From assembly GCA_004297735.1 (NCBI GenBank), contig SCTI01000001.1, positions 115,467 through 179,466 of the forward strand: a stretch of 64,000 nucleotides of DNA, read 5' to 3'. The position numbers were made by a program, and so were the translations under genes. A model generated the notes under the pieces. It was not told where the DNA came from. It saw only the letters and a program-made list of their open reading frames with translations, and ran no database searches. Positions 62,756-64,000 of this stretch are shown piece by piece. This DNA is from Patescibacteria group bacterium. GTDB taxonomy: Bacteria > Patescibacteriota > Saccharimonadia > UBA4664 > SCTI01. How positions within the stretch are numbered: position 1 is the stretch's first letter; each line of letters opens with the position of its first letter.

Positions 62756-63286
62756 ATGCTTATATTAGAAACGATCAGGATACAAACAACAGTGGCAAAA
62801 GCACGTCGGGGTTCAACCACCGGTCAGGTAGCAAGGTTCGGCATGGTGGGGATAATGAATACCATTATCGATTACGTTATTTACATTGGCTTAACCAAGA
62901 TGTTTTCGATCCCGTTGGATCGAGTATGGACGGCTAAGCTGGTGTCCGGTAGTGTAGCCATCGCCAATAGCTTTTACTTTAATCGAACTTGGGTGTTCCA
63001 AAGAGGCTCCTCCAAGCACGCCAAGCAGGAGTTTGTGCGCTTTATGATTGCTACTTTTGTGGCGGTATATGTGATTCAGCTTAGCTTGGTGCAGTTCTTT
63101 AGCAGCGAGTTCCAGTGGTTTGGCACAACCGTCTATGATATTTTGCAAACTCTTGGTTTGGTTGAGCTGCTTCCACACATCTTAACCGAAAGTTTTGTGA
63201 TTAAAACGGTGGCTTTTGCGCTGGCAACCTTAGCTAGCATGAGCTGGAACTTCGTACTGTACAAGGTTTGGGCGTTTAAGGACTAG
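62756..63286 (+). CDS. GtrA-family membrane protein (polysaccharide-synthesis-associated)
   Basis: RFGMVG..NT..DY motif with 4 TM helices. The true start may be internal. Confidence 0.65.
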   Translation: MLILETIRIQTTVAKARRGSTTGQVARFGMVGIMNTIIDYVIYIGLTKMFSIPLDRVWTAKLVSGSVAIANSFYFNRTWVFQRGSSKHAKQEFVRFMIATFVAVYVIQLSLVQFFSSEFQWFGTTVYDILQTLGLVELLPHILTESFVIKTVAFALATLASMSWNFVLYKVWAFKD

Positions 63287-63296
63287 GAGACTTTAA

Positions 63297-64000
63297 ATGA
63301 AGCTATGGATTCGACAACATAGAGTAGCGCTGGCGCTAACCACCATAATGCTGATAGCAGCATTTATGCGACTGTGGCAATTGGATAACACTCCTCCAGG
63401 TCTTCATCCTGACGAAGCCGCCAACGGGCTGGACGTTTTTGATATCTTACAGGGTCATCTGCAGGTCTTTTTTGAGCGTAATGGTGGCCGTGAGGGACTC
63501 TTCTTTTACTTGCAGGCGGTAGGGGTCTCGATATTCGGTAATACCATTTTAGGCTTGCGTATAGCTCCAGCTTTGTTAGGAACTGCGGCGGTAGCGGCGG
63601 TTTACCTGTGGGCGGCCAGCTGGTTTAACCGTCGAACTGCACTGATAGCGGCTCTATTTATGGCGGTAACGCCTTGGGCGGTAATTATTTCGCGTGATGG
63701 CTTTAGAGCCAGCATGCTCATGCTGATGATACCGCTCACCCTGTGGCTGATCACTAAAGCCATACGCAGTAATCGCTGGTACTGGTTCGCGGGTGCAGGT
63801 GTTAGCTTTGGGCTAGGCTTCTACACCTATATTGCCTACCGAATGTTTCCGCTGGCACTGGTGGCAGCAGCAGCGTTTGTGCTGATCTGGCGTAGAAACT
63901 GGATTCAGCAATACTGGCGCGGGCTGGCAGTTTTTGGCTTGGCAGCGGCAATTGTTTTGATACCGCTAGGTCTTTACGCTATTGGCAACCCGAGCGCTAT
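63297..64000 (+). CDS. Glycosyltransferase family 39 / ArnT-PMT-like membrane glycosyltransferase (3'-partial; runs off the window)
   Basis: ATG 63297 (MKLWIRQH...). Multi-TM with a DEA..G loop motif typical of the PMT_2/ArnT family. Confidence 0.6.
   Translation, partial: MKLWIRQHRVALALTTIMLIAAFMRLWQLDNTPPGLHPDEAANGLDVFDILQGHLQVFFERNGGREGLFFYLQAVGVSIFGNTILGLRIAPALLGTAAVAAVYLWAASWFNRRTALIAALFMAVTPWAVIISRDGFRASMLMLMIPLTLWLITKAIRSNRWYWFAGAGVSFGLGFYTYIAYRMFPLALVAAAAFVLIWRRNWIQQYWRGLAVFGLAAAIVLIPLGLYAIGNPSA

Overview
This 64-kb window is the ribosomal-protein and translation-factor core of a small bacterial genome at about 50% GC. In order it carries tig, clpP, rpoB-rpoC, rpsL-rpsG-fusA-tuf-rpsJ, an almost complete S10-spc-alpha block (rplC through rpsI), rpmG, secE-nusG-rplK-rplA, rplJ-rplL, dnaX and dnaB. 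Four tRNAs are present (Thr-Tyr-Thr cluster and Trp). Three features match a CPR/Patescibacteria-type (for example Saccharibacteria) lineage, which is inference: rpmD/adk/map are absent from the spc-alpha block, L1, L7/L12 and L17 carry terminal extensions, and gene density is high. The conserved backbone is interrupted at four places that hold the non-core content. (i) Between tig and clpP, two giant repetitive proteins without signal peptides sit on the minus strand; one has phage tail-fibre repeats. (ii) A 6.3-kb insertion splits the S10 operon between rpsJ and rplC; it carries membrane proteins, rarA, and a 757-aa protein with a tail-fibre-like N-terminus fused to a pectate-lyase-3 beta-helix, a tailspike/depolymerase-like architecture. 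The first roughly 35 residues of this protein match the N-terminus of the 988-aa tail-fibre-like protein 17 kb away. (iii) About 8 kb lies between tRNA-Trp and secE, including a 0.8-kb GC-rich island of roughly actinobacterial composition driven by a consensus sigma70 promoter. (iv) The most notable: a reverse-transcriptase cassette sits between rplK-rplA and rplJ-rplL, which are contiguous in essentially all bacteria. It consists of about 330 nt of structured GC-rich non-coding sequence with a long-range inverted repeat, a compact RT carrying motifs 1-7 but no maturase or endonuclease domain, and two translationally coupled small ORFs. Candidate identities are retron-like, DRT-like, or a divergent DGR RT. 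Other regulatory elements noted include a duplicated L1-binding-site-like leader motif before rplK and rplA, the L10 leader with attenuator, several sigma70-like promoters and intrinsic terminators.
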